Shown one piece after another: positions 1-10,641 of a stretch of DNA of 64,000 nucleotides. The notes beneath the pieces were generated by a model. That model did not search any database. It was given only the letters and a program-made list of their open reading frames with translations, and was not told the DNA's origin. The position numbers and the translations under genes are program-made. Numbering within the stretch: the stretch's first letter is position 1; each line of letters opens with the position of its first letter. Source of the stretch: Hyaloraphidium curvatum SAG 235-1 (lineage: Eukaryota; Fungi; Monoblepharomycota); contig JAIVFI010000014.1 in NCBI GenBank assembly GCA_025558095.1, forward strand, positions 682,001-746,000, given 5' to 3'.

Positions 1-582
1 CCCGACCCCGCCGACCCGACGGACGCCCCGGCGCTCGACCGCGCCGACACCCTCTCCCGCGGCTCCGAGTCCTCCTCCAAAGGCAAGGGCAAGAAATCCC
101 CCGACAAGGAAAAGGACCGCAAGGGGCGCAGGGTGGCGTTCCCACCGGGTCCGCTGGGGCACGACACCTACCTCGTCTTCCGGGACGGCAGGGTTCGCCC
201 TGAGCGGATGCTGTTCGACGCCGCCGGCACCCCGATCTTTGCGCCGGAGGACTTGGATCCCGCGGATCTGGACCGGCTGGATCTCGGGGACGCCGGCGGG
301 GACGGGGGGTGGGGGGGGGGAGGGGGGGCTGGGGACGGGGTGCTGCTGGTTGGGGGGCCACGGGTGCGGGCCGGGGTGCGGGGTGCAGTAGATGCGCGGT
401 GTTTGGGCGGTTTTGCGGTGCGGAATCGAGATCAAGGGGGATGGGAAGGGGATTGTTGGCTTTTTGACCGAGCGGTCCAACGCGCTGGTCGCGGTCCGAG
501 GACAAAAGCCTGCGCACGAAGCTGGCCGGCGACAGCTTTCCGCGCCTCGCGCACACGAAACACCCGGCGCCCGATATCATGA
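1..582 (+). CDS. 5'-truncated hypothetical protein (low-complexity, possibly decayed)
   Basis: Frame 1 is open from base 1 (PDPADPTDAPALDRADTLSRGSESSSKGKGKK...) to the stop at 582; no recognisable domain. Confidence 0.35.
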   Translation, partial: PDPADPTDAPALDRADTLSRGSESSSKGKGKKSPDKEKDRKGRRVAFPPGPLGHDTYLVFRDGRVRPERMLFDAAGTPIFAPEDLDPADLDRLDLGDAGGDGGWGGGGGAGDGVLLVGGPRVRAGVRGAVDARCLGGFAVRNRDQGGWEGDCWLFDRAVQRAGRGPRTKACARSWPATAFRASRTRNTRRPIS

Positions 583-737
583 GCGACGACATCAACGCCG
601 CTGCCGCCGGTGAGGCCGGCTCCGGCTGGGAAGCCATGGACCGGCGGTTGTGCGTGACGTGTCCGAGCGGTTCGCGCTCGGCTGCGGCACGGACGCTTCC
701 ACGGATCTTCTGAACAGCGGAAGCTTTCTCTGACAAT

Positions 738-869
738 TGCGACTACTGGGGGCTCCAAGGGAAGCTCAGCAAGTGCGACCGGTGCCGCGTTGCTCTTTAC
801 TGCGGGTCCGATTGCCAGCGCAAGCAGTAGGTCGCCCACAAGGCCAAGTGCTTCGAGGCAATGCCTTAG
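738..869 (+). pseudogene. Degenerate MYND zinc finger
   Basis: Translates as CDYWGLQGKLSKCDRCRVALYCGSDCQRKQ*VAHKAKCF, matching the MYND pattern CxxC..CxxC..YC...CQ...W..H...C. The conserved Trp is TAG (828-830) and the second Cys is Trp. Confidence 0.65.
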
Positions 870-980
870 CGTGCCGTGACAGAGCGATGCTGATGTACTC
901 GGGCGGATGGGAATCTAATCGCACTGGCGACGGCCGCGTCCCTCGCGCGTCTCTTCTTTGTCCCCCATTGCAGTAGTCTC

Positions 981-2624
981 GTGCCTCGAAGGCGCAGCGT
1001 CGCTCCGTCCCACGCGGTGCCGCCACAAATGGAAGACCCGAATACTGAATTTGGCGATCGGGACGACGGCCCGGCCGCCAAGGACGGCCTGAACGGCGCG
1101 CTGCCCGACTCCGGCGCGGCGCGCCTCACGGACCTCGAATGGCTGGCTCTGCTGCCCGCCCGACCTCCGCGCCCCCAGTCTCTGCCGTGGAAGGTCTCTC
1201 CCACGCCCGACCCGGCGGCGGAGGTCCGCCATGAGGACCCTCTGACGGCCGCGCGGCTGTTGGCCATTTTGTCTCCAGAACCCCTTCTCCGGCGCTGGGC
1301 AGGGCTCCAGCTCTGGTTTCAGCCCTACGTCCCCTTCTTCTTTGTGCACTGGCTCTCGGAAATCGTCCAACAATCTTCGTTGTTCATCGCCATACCGCTG
1401 GTTGCTACTGTCGAAGGCGTCACCTTCACGACGCGCCAAATGGTGACCGGACTCGTCGCTCATACACTGTGCAATGCCTTGTATGTCGCTGCTGTTATCC
1501 GTAGCGGCGTTTTCCAGCGCAAGCTGCTGCGGGAGGAAGCCGGCGATGCCGCAGGCCTTAAGGACTCTAATACCCTGGATCGGTCCGACATGGGCCACCT
1601 TGCACGCTGGCTCCAATTGACCTCGGAGGGGGACGCTTCGGAACGCGGCGGCGCCCTTCTGGCCCACCGCGAGGATGACGCTTGGTGCCCCTGCAGCAGA
1701 CCTTCCTGCGGTGGCAACGAAGCGAAAAGGGCGGGGCTGTTGGCGGTCGCGCACGCAACAGGATGGCCCGCCGTCCTGGGCGTGGCCTATGCCCTCTTCC
1801 AACCATACACTCAAATCGTCACCTTGGCCCCGTTCACGTGGACGCAGGCCTGGAGCGCGAGCACCGCAGCGCTGATGCTGGCTCTGCTCGTGACGCTCTT
1901 CTATGCCATACCGGTGGCCATATTCAGCCACGCAAAGAGCCTACCCACTCTTGGACTAGAAGGGCGCATGCAGCGGCGCTCTTTCTCGTTGGCATTGGCA
2001 TCCCTTGTCAATCGCTGTATCCTTGCCGTCGACCAGGCGATGGCAGACGGCCCAGCTGTAGCCAATCAGACAACGACCCTGGCCCCATCTTTGGACACGG
2101 AGCTTCATTTTGTTCTCTATCGCACAATGGGACCCGTCCTCCGGCACCGCTTCGCCATCTATCGCAGCTTCCGCTCGCAATACCTGGTTTCCATCACCAT
2201 CGACGCCGTCATCGCCTTCATCTACATCATCGGCAGCTCCTGCATCCCCGCGTACGTCCTCATGAGCATCGCCATCTGGTTCTACGAGCTGGGCACGGAG
2301 CTCGTGACCATCGCCCGGGCCAACTCCCACGTCGACGCCATCGTCTCGTTGCACCTCTCCGCGCGCTCAGAGCTCCGGATGCAGAACCTCCGCCTCGGAT
2401 CCGTGGCACCCGACCTGCGGGCGGAGCTCGCGTCCCGGGAAAAGGTGCTGGACTCAGTCCTCGCCGAGGCGCCCAAGCTGAGGGCAACGTTTGCGGACGT
2501 GCCCGTGACCACGGGTGTAGTCCGGACCGTGGCAGCGACCGTCTTCACCATCGGAGCGGGTTTATTTGGTATATTCCGGGGCAGCGGGGTCTACGTGACG
2601 GTGGAGAGCATTTGCAGGGGATGA
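981..2624 (+). CDS. Multi-pass membrane protein, unknown function (intronless)
   Basis: 547-aa ORF with several hydrophobic segments (e.g. ALMLALLVTLFYAIPVAIF, VIAFIYIIGSSCIPAYVLMSIAIW). The true ATG may be at 1029. Confidence 0.7.
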   Translation: MPRRRSVAPSHAVPPQMEDPNTEFGDRDDGPAAKDGLNGALPDSGAARLTDLEWLALLPARPPRPQSLPWKVSPTPDPAAEVRHEDPLTAARLLAILSPEPLLRRWAGLQLWFQPYVPFFFVHWLSEIVQQSSLFIAIPLVATVEGVTFTTRQMVTGLVAHTLCNALYVAAVIRSGVFQRKLLREEAGDAAGLKDSNTLDRSDMGHLARWLQLTSEGDASERGGALLAHREDDAWCPCSRPSCGGNEAKRAGLLAVAHATGWPAVLGVAYALFQPYTQIVTLAPFTWTQAWSASTAALMLALLVTLFYAIPVAIFSHAKSLPTLGLEGRMQRRSFSLALASLVNRCILAVDQAMADGPAVANQTTTLAPSLDTELHFVLYRTMGPVLRHRFAIYRSFRSQYLVSITIDAVIAFIYIIGSSCIPAYVLMSIAIWFYELGTELVTIARANSHVDAIVSLHLSARSELRMQNLRLGSVAPDLRAELASREKVLDSVLAEAPKLRATFADVPVTTGVVRTVAATVFTIGAGLFGIFRGSGVYVTVESICRG

Positions 2625-2731
2625 TCCACATGCTCGGCTCGACGTAAGCGGGGTCTGCGCGAACAAGATCGATCATCTATGACAGCCCATGCCGACACCA
2701 AGACACAGTCCAGACCCAAGCGACTCCTTCC

Positions 2732-5336
2732 CTACTTGTAGTCCGCCTTCCACTCGTATGGGATCGGCGCCGTGCGGAACCCGTACCGCCCCACGAAATC
2801 GTCCAAACCCGACGGGCCCCGCGTCCCCGCCTTATACTGGTGCACCGGGATCGCCTTGCTGCCCTCGGGCGGCGCAACAACCTTGGGCGCCGCGTCGCCC
2901 TTCTGCTCCTTGGGCGGGTGCGCCGCGTCGATGGCGTGGAGCAGGGGCGTGAAGATGCGCCAGGCCTCCTCGAGCTCGTCGCTGCGCACAAAGTTGGCGT
3001 GGTCCCCGCGCAGGATGTCCACCATGAGGGTCTCGTACGCCTCGGGGATCCGGATGTCGGAGTAGCGGCGGGAGTAGGTGAGCTGGAGCTCGGAGATGCG
3101 GGGTTCGGAGAGGTAGCCGGGAGTCTTGGTCATCATCTTCATGTAGACCGCTGCGGTGACGAGCAGCCCATCAGCACCGTCGTGCGGCGTCGCGACCCGC
3201 CACGACACGTACCTTCATCCGGCTGGATGCGGACGACCAACTCGTTCCGAGCGATTTCCTTGAAGAGCGTGTTTCCAGGGACATCCTTGAACTGGATCCG
3301 AATCTCTGCCTTCTTGTCGTTGAGCGCCTTGCCGCACTTGAGGATGAACGGGACGCCTGGATGGACGACCGTTCAAGGAGCTGGCGCGAACGCCAAGACA
3401 GACAGCATACCGTCCCAGCGCTCGTTCTTGATGTAGAGCACGGACACGGCGAAGGTGGGCGTGTTGCTTCCTTTCGGAACCTGGAAATGCCATGAGTCGG
3501 TCAGAGGGCAACATCCTCAACATCAGCGTCATCGAATCACCGTCGGATCTTCCAGGTACCCCTCCATCTTGCCGTCCGCCGACGCCGCGTACTGTCCCAA
3601 CAGCGTGTCCTCGACCTGGATTGGCGGTATGTACTTGAGAACCTTGGTCTGCGAAGGGTTGGCATTGCTCAGCAGTCCCAAACGCTGCGGTCCAAAGAGG
3701 GACCGTACCTTTTCGTTCCGGATGTCCTCGCCCTCCATCGTCACGGGCTTCTCCATCGCCACGAGGCAAAGCACCTGCATCAGGTGGTTCTGCATGACAT
3801 CGCGAATGATCCCGAACTGTTACGTTACCGTAGGTAGTTAGTCAAGCCAGAGAGCGGCAAAGAGTCGATCTCACCTCGTCAAAGTAACCGCCGCGCCCCT
3901 CAGTGCCAATCATCTCCTTAAAGGTGATCTGGACGTTGTCGATGCAGTCCCGGTTCCAAAGCTCGTTGCCGAAGAAGCGATTGGCAAAACGGAGGACCAG
4001 AAGATTCTTGACCATGTCCTTCCCGAGGTAGTGATCAATGCTGTGAAGTGGCGCTACGTCAATGGCCACAGAACGAGGCAAACAAAGCCGGACGAACCGG
4101 TAAACCTCGTGCTCGCTCCAATACTTGCCCACGGCCTGGGCAAGCTCGTTGGAGCTCTGAAGGTCCATTCCGAAAGGCTTCTCGATGACGATCCGGTTCC
4201 AGCCTTCAGATTTCCCATAACAGTTCTCCTTGAGATTCTTGGAGACGTCCGCAAACACCGAGGGGGGGAGGGCGAGGTAGAACAGGCGGTTCTTTTTGTG
4301 GGCGTTGGGGAAAGAGGATTCGAAGGCTTCAATCTCGGATTCGAGCTTCTTGAAGGACTGCAGGGGACCCAATGAGAAACGAAGAGCAACAAATCGACAG
4401 GTAAAGGCAACCCACGTCGGCTTGGTCGTACTGGCCGGTGATGTACTTCATCGACTGTTTGAAGGAGGCCATGGCTGCTTCGGCGCCCGCCTCGACCTTG
4501 ATCTGGCTCGTGACGCGCTTCAAAAAGTCCTCGTGCTCAATCTTGCTCCGCGCGTAGCCCAGAATCTTGACGTTCTTGGGCATGAAACCCAAGGAGAGGA
4601 CGCCAAAGAGAGCGGGAAACGTCTTCTTGTACGCAAGATCGCCAGACGCGCCGAGGACTAGAAACAGAGGTGTCAGTCCAAGTTCCGCGTCAAGAAAGAC
4701 CAAGCAAGAACCGAACCAATTATGGTATAAACCTCATCGTCGCTGCCAATCCTCACGCCAGGATCAACCCTCTGAGCGACGCTCGGCCTCCTCAGCTGGT
4801 CCAGAAACTGCTCCACTCCTGAGATCTGCTTCTCCGGCTTTGCGGGCTGGTTGAAGAACTCGTCGGCCAGCGGAGTGTAGCGATAGAAGTTGAACTCGTC
4901 CGCGAAGGCGTGCTGCGGGTAGATGTAGTGCTGGAAGAGGCCCCTCCGGCGGAGCTGTTCGCCAATGAAAGTGGCGTCGCTCCGGGAGATGGTTTTGTCG
5001 GCAAAAGCTGCACCGCAAAGGAAGTCCACGGCCTCCGCGCCTGCCGCACGCGGATCAGCGCGGGTTCTGAACCTCCGAGGAGCCCACGCACCGACAAACA
5101 CGTCCTTCACAAGCTGACCCTGCAGTCCGGTAAAGCATCGTATCATGTGCCAGTCTTCGACGCGAAAGCGGGCCCCGCACCTTCCAGGTGATGTCCTTCT
5201 TCTCGACTCCCTGGACGAACCTCCGGCACAGCTCCCTGACGACACTCTCGTCTCCTGGCAAGGCAGGGCCTCCGGGCCCTGGCGACGGAGTGTGCTCAGG
5301 ATGCTGAGCGGCCGAAGCTTTCAGAGACGCCGCCAT
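2732..5336 (-). CDS. ZWF1: Glucose-6-phosphate 1-dehydrogenase with N-terminal DEP domain (multi-exon)
   Basis: G6PD motifs across exons: [73 protein letters not shown]. Upstream exons splice to a DEP-like segment. Confidence 0.95.
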
Positions 5337-5772
5337 CGTGACGATTCCAGCCCAAAATCCGGCCTGAGCGCTGAGCTGTTGACGGGGAGACTCGATGGGG
5401 CCTCCGGGAACGTCGTCCGCCGGTCGGCACGCGTCGTTCCTTCCGAGATGTTCGCGCAGAATACCCCGCTCGCACCGGGACGGTCCCGGAGCTTGTACGG
5501 CCGAACCGCGGAGGATCTTGGTTTGCAAAGCCGCGCCGATCAGCAGACCGGCAGACCGGCCGCCGCCATTTACCCGATCGACCTCGCTGGTCTGCACTGA
5601 CTTGCAGCTTTGAACGATGACGGATGGAAGAGATATACGACCGTGTAGCATGCTTCATGCCTGGGTGGATCACACGGGAGGAAAGGAAAGTGGGACCAGC
5701 CCGCGCTCGACGACCACAACCAGAAACGGCCAATACCCTCGACGGTTCCATACAAAGTGCCGCCACCATACG

Positions 5773-6973
5773 CTAGAGACCCCTGTTGAAGACCACAGTC
5801 TGATCCGGTCCCAATCCTCGCTCCTTCGCGACGACCTTGGCCGTGCAGCCATCCTCGAGCTCTGCCACCTTCAACGAGGCATCCTGAGGGAACAGCGCGA
5901 TCGCAGGCGGCATTGCTACCGCCAAGCTCGCAGCAATCAGTCCCAGTTCGGCCGCCATCAGGGCACCCGCTGGCCAGGTCGCCGGAAACAGGGGCATGAT
6001 CATCGGGGGCAAAGTCAGGCAGGGAAAGGGGATGAGCACCCTGGAGATGGCCGTCTGGGTGATGGCTCGCTTGGCGGCCTCGCGCGATTTGCCCAGGGCC
6101 TCACCCGAAGCCGCGTCGCGCACGTCGATCCCGACCTGAAGCTCCTTGCCGCGCATCAGGACCACGTTCGCCGTACCGGCCAGTGAAACAGCGGCAAAAG
6201 GCACCAGTCGCGATAGCATGAGCTTCACCGAAGGAGAGAAGGGCAACCGCGGCACCAGGCGGGAGAGGGAGAGTGCGGCGGTCACAGAAGTCGCCACGGC
6301 GGCAGAGTAGGCGACTGGTGAGCGGCACATTAGACACATTCCGAAGCACTTCACACGGGCAGAGTTCACCTGCTGTTTCCGACCAGTCCAACGGGGTCGT
6401 CTTGTTGGCGTTGAAGTAGTTGAAGCCCACGTTCACGGACTGGTTGATCCATTGCCACATAACGATCTTTGCCGGCTGTTTTAAGGACATCAGAGGGTTG
6501 AAAAGGTTGAAGCAAAGTAGCAGGCGCGTCGCGGCCAAAGTCGATGTGAGAAACGAGACGTTGTCTGGCCGCAGAACCGAACGCACCGACGACATCCCGC
6601 GCAGCATCCCCGCCACGACCAGCATGTTTGTCGGGACGAAGCATGCCATCCGAAAAGGCAGGAAAATGGGCGTCCCGGTGTCGGGATGCAGGGTCGAGTC
6701 CACGGCCATCTTGGCCTTCCATAGCCGCTCCTCCTCCGCGGGCGACGACACGGTCGCCAGGATTCCCGACTGCCCGGCGGATTTCGTTTTCGCCTCGTAC
6801 TGCTCAATGAGCTCCCGGCTCGCCTGCAACTGCGAGCCGGTCACGAGCAGGTTCCGCGGGTTCGTGAGGTCCGAAAAGTGCCGCAGGCGGCCATAGTAGG
6901 TCGACTGCGGGTACCGCGGCTGGGAAAGATCGATGACGCGCGGATATAGGGGCGATTCAGACCCCGATTCCAT
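5773..6973 (-). CDS. FSF1: Sideroflexin (mitochondrial carrier, Fsf1-like)
   Basis: PRYPQSTYYGRLRHF, HPDTG..IFLPFRMACFVPTNM, WQWINQSVN...NYFNANK, ANVVLMR, TAISRV, ALFPQ and terminal FNRGL are sideroflexin signatures. Confidence 0.92.
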
Positions 6974-7085
6974 GTTTCGGGCAAGATCAAGGTCGGTTTC
7001 CAAGTCGCAAGACGGGCCGGGGTTTGTTTACAGGCATCCCGCTTTGCCGTACCGACTCGCAACAACGTGGCAGCCCTCCAATACG

Positions 7086-8294
7086 ATGGAGGTGCAAATG
7101 GACGAAAAGGGGTTCCTTTTGAAGGATAGTGAGGAGGCTGTACGCCGCTCGCTCATCGACCTCTGCGGAGCGACCGCGCGCGCCAAGCGCCAGGCTTCCG
7201 ACGGAACAGTCATCGTTATAGACGATTCTGAAGGCTGCTCGGACGGGGAACTTCCAGCTTCAGCAAGCAAGGCATTGACCTCAGAAGCCAAGAGAGCGCG
7301 CACGGAGGCCTCTGCCTCCTGCAAGGAGCAGCACCCGGTGCGCGACACCGTACCTGCCTGCAAGCACCAGCACTTGGTGCCAGACATCATCGAGCTCTCC
7401 GGTGGTTCGATCGACTCGCTGCTGCTGGACCTGGGAGCATTCGAAAGAAGCGCAGCCCGCGCAATCTCCGCCGGTTTTCGTTCGGTCGTTGTCCACGCGT
7501 TCCTGAAGGCCGGCGAGGGATCACAGCGGTTCTCCGAAGCCATTTTCCGACGCGAAAACACAGAGAATGCCAAGTACATTGCGGAGCACCCAATGACAGA
7601 GATGCCATCGACCGTTCTGCGCGATTTTGCTGCCCGTGCGTTCGCCATGACGGAGGGAGCCCTCCGCCCGCGCCTCGATGCAGTCAAGGATGCGCTTTCC
7701 GCCCGTCACGGGAACGCCTTCCGCAAGCTCAGGTGGCACGCTATACTCACCTTGCGGCGCGATCCCTTCGAGTCCTTTGCTGAAGACAACGACATCGACA
7801 CGGCGATCCACGCCGACTCGTACGACGGAACGATCGCGGCCTTTGCTCTGCTGAGCACAAAGATGCCGACGCCGATCTACCCGCAAGCGGTTTTCGAAAG
7901 GCCGCCCCTCGCGATGTTCACCGAGGAAAGCACGAGCGGACAGAGGCCTGCCGAGATCAGACTCGCGAGCAAGGACGGCGAGCGCCTCAGGAACGGCATC
8001 AGGGAATGGCGCGGCGGGACGGCGGTGATCATGCCCGCGGCCGTCGCGCACTCGGTCCCTCCGGGCTGGGTGGGGGACTTTGAGTCCCGAAGTTGCACGA
8101 GCGGCGTCCTCCTGGGGTCCAAGCAGGATCCGAGGTGGTTCGCGCGTGTGACGCTCGAGCTCGTTCCGGCGAGGGGCGGGAGGACCGACGGAAGCGCTTG
8201 GGAGCAGCATTACGGCTGGGAGAGCAGGGAGTTGAGGGCAGAAGCGGCGGCTCTGATGGCAGAGCACGTCTGGGGAGACGCCAAGTTCGCCTAG
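7086..8294 (+). CDS. Hypothetical protein, possible divergent 2OG-Fe(II) oxygenase fold
   Basis: Intronless ORF of about 400 aa; IHAD...AVIMPAAVAHSVP...PRWFARV gives an HxD...H...R arrangement. Confidence 0.55.
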   Translation: MEVQMDEKGFLLKDSEEAVRRSLIDLCGATARAKRQASDGTVIVIDDSEGCSDGELPASASKALTSEAKRARTEASASCKEQHPVRDTVPACKHQHLVPDIIELSGGSIDSLLLDLGAFERSAARAISAGFRSVVVHAFLKAGEGSQRFSEAIFRRENTENAKYIAEHPMTEMPSTVLRDFAARAFAMTEGALRPRLDAVKDALSARHGNAFRKLRWHAILTLRRDPFESFAEDNDIDTAIHADSYDGTIAAFALLSTKMPTPIYPQAVFERPPLAMFTEESTSGQRPAEIRLASKDGERLRNGIREWRGGTAVIMPAAVAHSVPPGWVGDFESRSCTSGVLLGSKQDPRWFARVTLELVPARGGRTDGSAWEQHYGWESRELRAEAAALMAEHVWGDAKFA

Positions 8295-8490
8295 GCGGCG
8301 AGGGTGGAGTTTAGGCGGTCGATGCCGAGGTTCGCAGCCTGAGTCGATTGCCTCATCTAGCCGACCAAGAACATTCGTCAATCTTACTCTCTTGCGGGTC
8401 TCGCTTCCCATGTAGCCATGTCGCAGCCTCCCCGGCTCAGGCGGCCGCTCGCCATGCCAGCCGCACCCAAACATGAGCGCGTCCGACGCG

Positions 8491-9020
8491 TCATGTCCCG
8501 CCCAGTCTTTCGGCAATGATCAACAGGGCGTTGATGATGACGCCGCCCACCATCGCCAGCACGATCACGGTCGGCCCGACGCGCGCCTCGTACGTGCCGC
8601 GGATCTGCCGCCGGAGGGAGATGGCACGCGAGAAGAAGAGAAATAGGGAGTAGAACAGGGTCAGGATCGTGAGCAGGGAAAATACGACGCCTGGATAGAG
8701 GATCGCGGTCAGCCGGCGTCCCTCTGGTCGCTGCGGCCCGTCCCACCAGCTGCTCGACCCGACGCGTTCCCAAAGTTGAGCAGGCCTATCGCGAGCCCGC
8801 CCAGCGTCACGGCGAACGAGCACCAGGAGAGAAATGTCCGTTCGTTCGACAGGAAGCTGGCCGGTTTGACCTCGAGCGCGTCCTCCTCCTCTTTGTCCGG
8901 CCGGAGGAGCGGCGGTCCGGGCCTCGGGGCGACATAGGGCGAGTCCGGAGGGTCCGTGGGGGAAAGCGGCGGGTCGACGTTGATGATCCGCCTCACGGGC
9001 GGTGATGCCGTGGCGGACAT
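8491..9020 (-). CDS. VTC1: Vacuolar transporter chaperone Vtc1-like (DUF202) membrane protein
   Basis: [31 protein letters not shown] followed by two further TM helices and a GP(T)V motif. Confidence 0.8.
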
Positions 9021-9288
9021 GCCGGCGCTATCGCGATGGAGCGCGGGACATCTCGATGAAAGTGTCGTTGTTGGTTTGGCGTGGCGGCCACGTGAGGTCG
9101 ACTTCGAAACACACTCGAAGAAACCCCAGCAGGGCGGTTTCGCTGTCGTAGACGATGAATGATTGGAGAAAGACAGTCTGCGGTTCTTGTTCAAGATGCG
9201 TCTTGGCGATGATGTCACTCGATCGCCTGTTCAACGTCTCAACTACATGTCCATGCCTCAAGCTCATCTCCGGCGGCCACGTTACAAA

Positions 9289-10457
9289 TCAGGGAAACTT
9301 GAATCCGTATTTCTTCGCTGCGAACGAGTCGATCGTCTCCGGGACGATGAGCTGCAGCAGTCGGGAAAAGTACGACCAGCCGGGCAGGTAGACGATACGG
9401 GAGCGGGTGTCGGCGCACTTGACGATCTGCGCCTATGTGAGGTGGATGCCGATTGCGCGTCACTCTCCGGCTCACCTTCTCTGCCACGTATTCGGGCGTC
9501 ATCTTGTTCTCCTTCTTGACGTTTGGCTGGGTGCTTTTGCCCTCGACCTTATCCGCGGCCTGGTTCCGCAGGTCCGTGGCCACGGTCATCGGGCACACGA
9601 GGCCGATGGTGATGCCGTACTGCGCCAGTTCGATCCGGACGGACTCGAAGAAGCCGTTGACGGCGAACTTGGAGGCGCAGTAGAGCGCTCGTGAGGGTGC
9701 CTTTGAGAATGGACCGCCGTCAGAATCGCCCTTCCATCGAAGAGACATCATGGGGCTCACTCCGGTGTGTCCAGCGGCAGATGAGGTCACGACAATCCGT
9801 CCACGGGATTCCTTCATGAGCGGAAGGAACCACTTCAGGGTGTAGATGGGGCCATAGGTGTTGATCTGAAATCAAACGGTCAGCTCGGCAGCCGGGCTCA
9901 GTGCGTCGCGTTCTACCTTCATGACGCGATCAATAGCCTTGCTCGAATGTCCCGGCGTCTTTGTGTCGGCGTCCAACAACTCCTCGAAGGTCAGCGTACT
10001 GCCAGCTCCGTCAGGGCCCAGGATTCCGAAGCGCCGACTTCAGGGCCACCTTATCGTCCCGGCATTGATCAGCAGCGTGTCGCAGCCGCCGAGCTTCTCC
10101 CTGACGAAAGCCACGGTCCTCTCCAGCGATGCCTCGTCCGTCATGTCCATCTGGAACGTGTAGCACTCCTTGCTGCCCAGGTCCTGGCACTCCTTCTGCA
10201 CCGTGTCCAGCTCCGCCTGCGCGAACGACGTAATCACGAGGCGGCATCCCGGCCGCTTGGCGTAGATGTGCGCGATGCATCGGCCGATGCCGCTGCGGGG
10301 GCGTGAGTGGACGTCCGGGGGGCGGCGCGGCGCGAACGCACGCGGAGCCTCCGATGACGACGACGCGCTCATTGGGCGGCGGGGGCGGCACAGACTTCTT
10401 CCTCGCAAAGTACAGCGCCGCAGCGCCGGCCACGGCGGCGGGGATGAGCCAGGACAT
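9289..10457 (-). CDS. Short-chain dehydrogenase/reductase (11beta-HSD/DHRS7-like), multi-exon
   Basis: N-terminal anchor, VVVIGGSSGIG, LINAG, YCASKFAVNGFFES (YxxxK). Confidence 0.88.
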
Positions 10458-10641
10458 CGCGTTCACTCCGGACCCTGACGGGGTGTCGCTGCTGTTTCAG
10501 GGTGATCGATCGGGAGCCGGAGACGCGAGGAGACGCCCCGTGCCTTCGACGCGGAAAGCAACTTGGTATCCAATCAGCTAAGCTACACAATGCGTGAAAC
10601 AGCTTTCGTCTCGGGGGCCAAATCAGTTACTCCGTCTCCCT

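Noticed and set aside
296-345. G-run tract that could form a G-quadruplex
   Set aside because: It lies in a Gly-rich low-complexity frame and homopolymer runs are error-prone; no support for a function.
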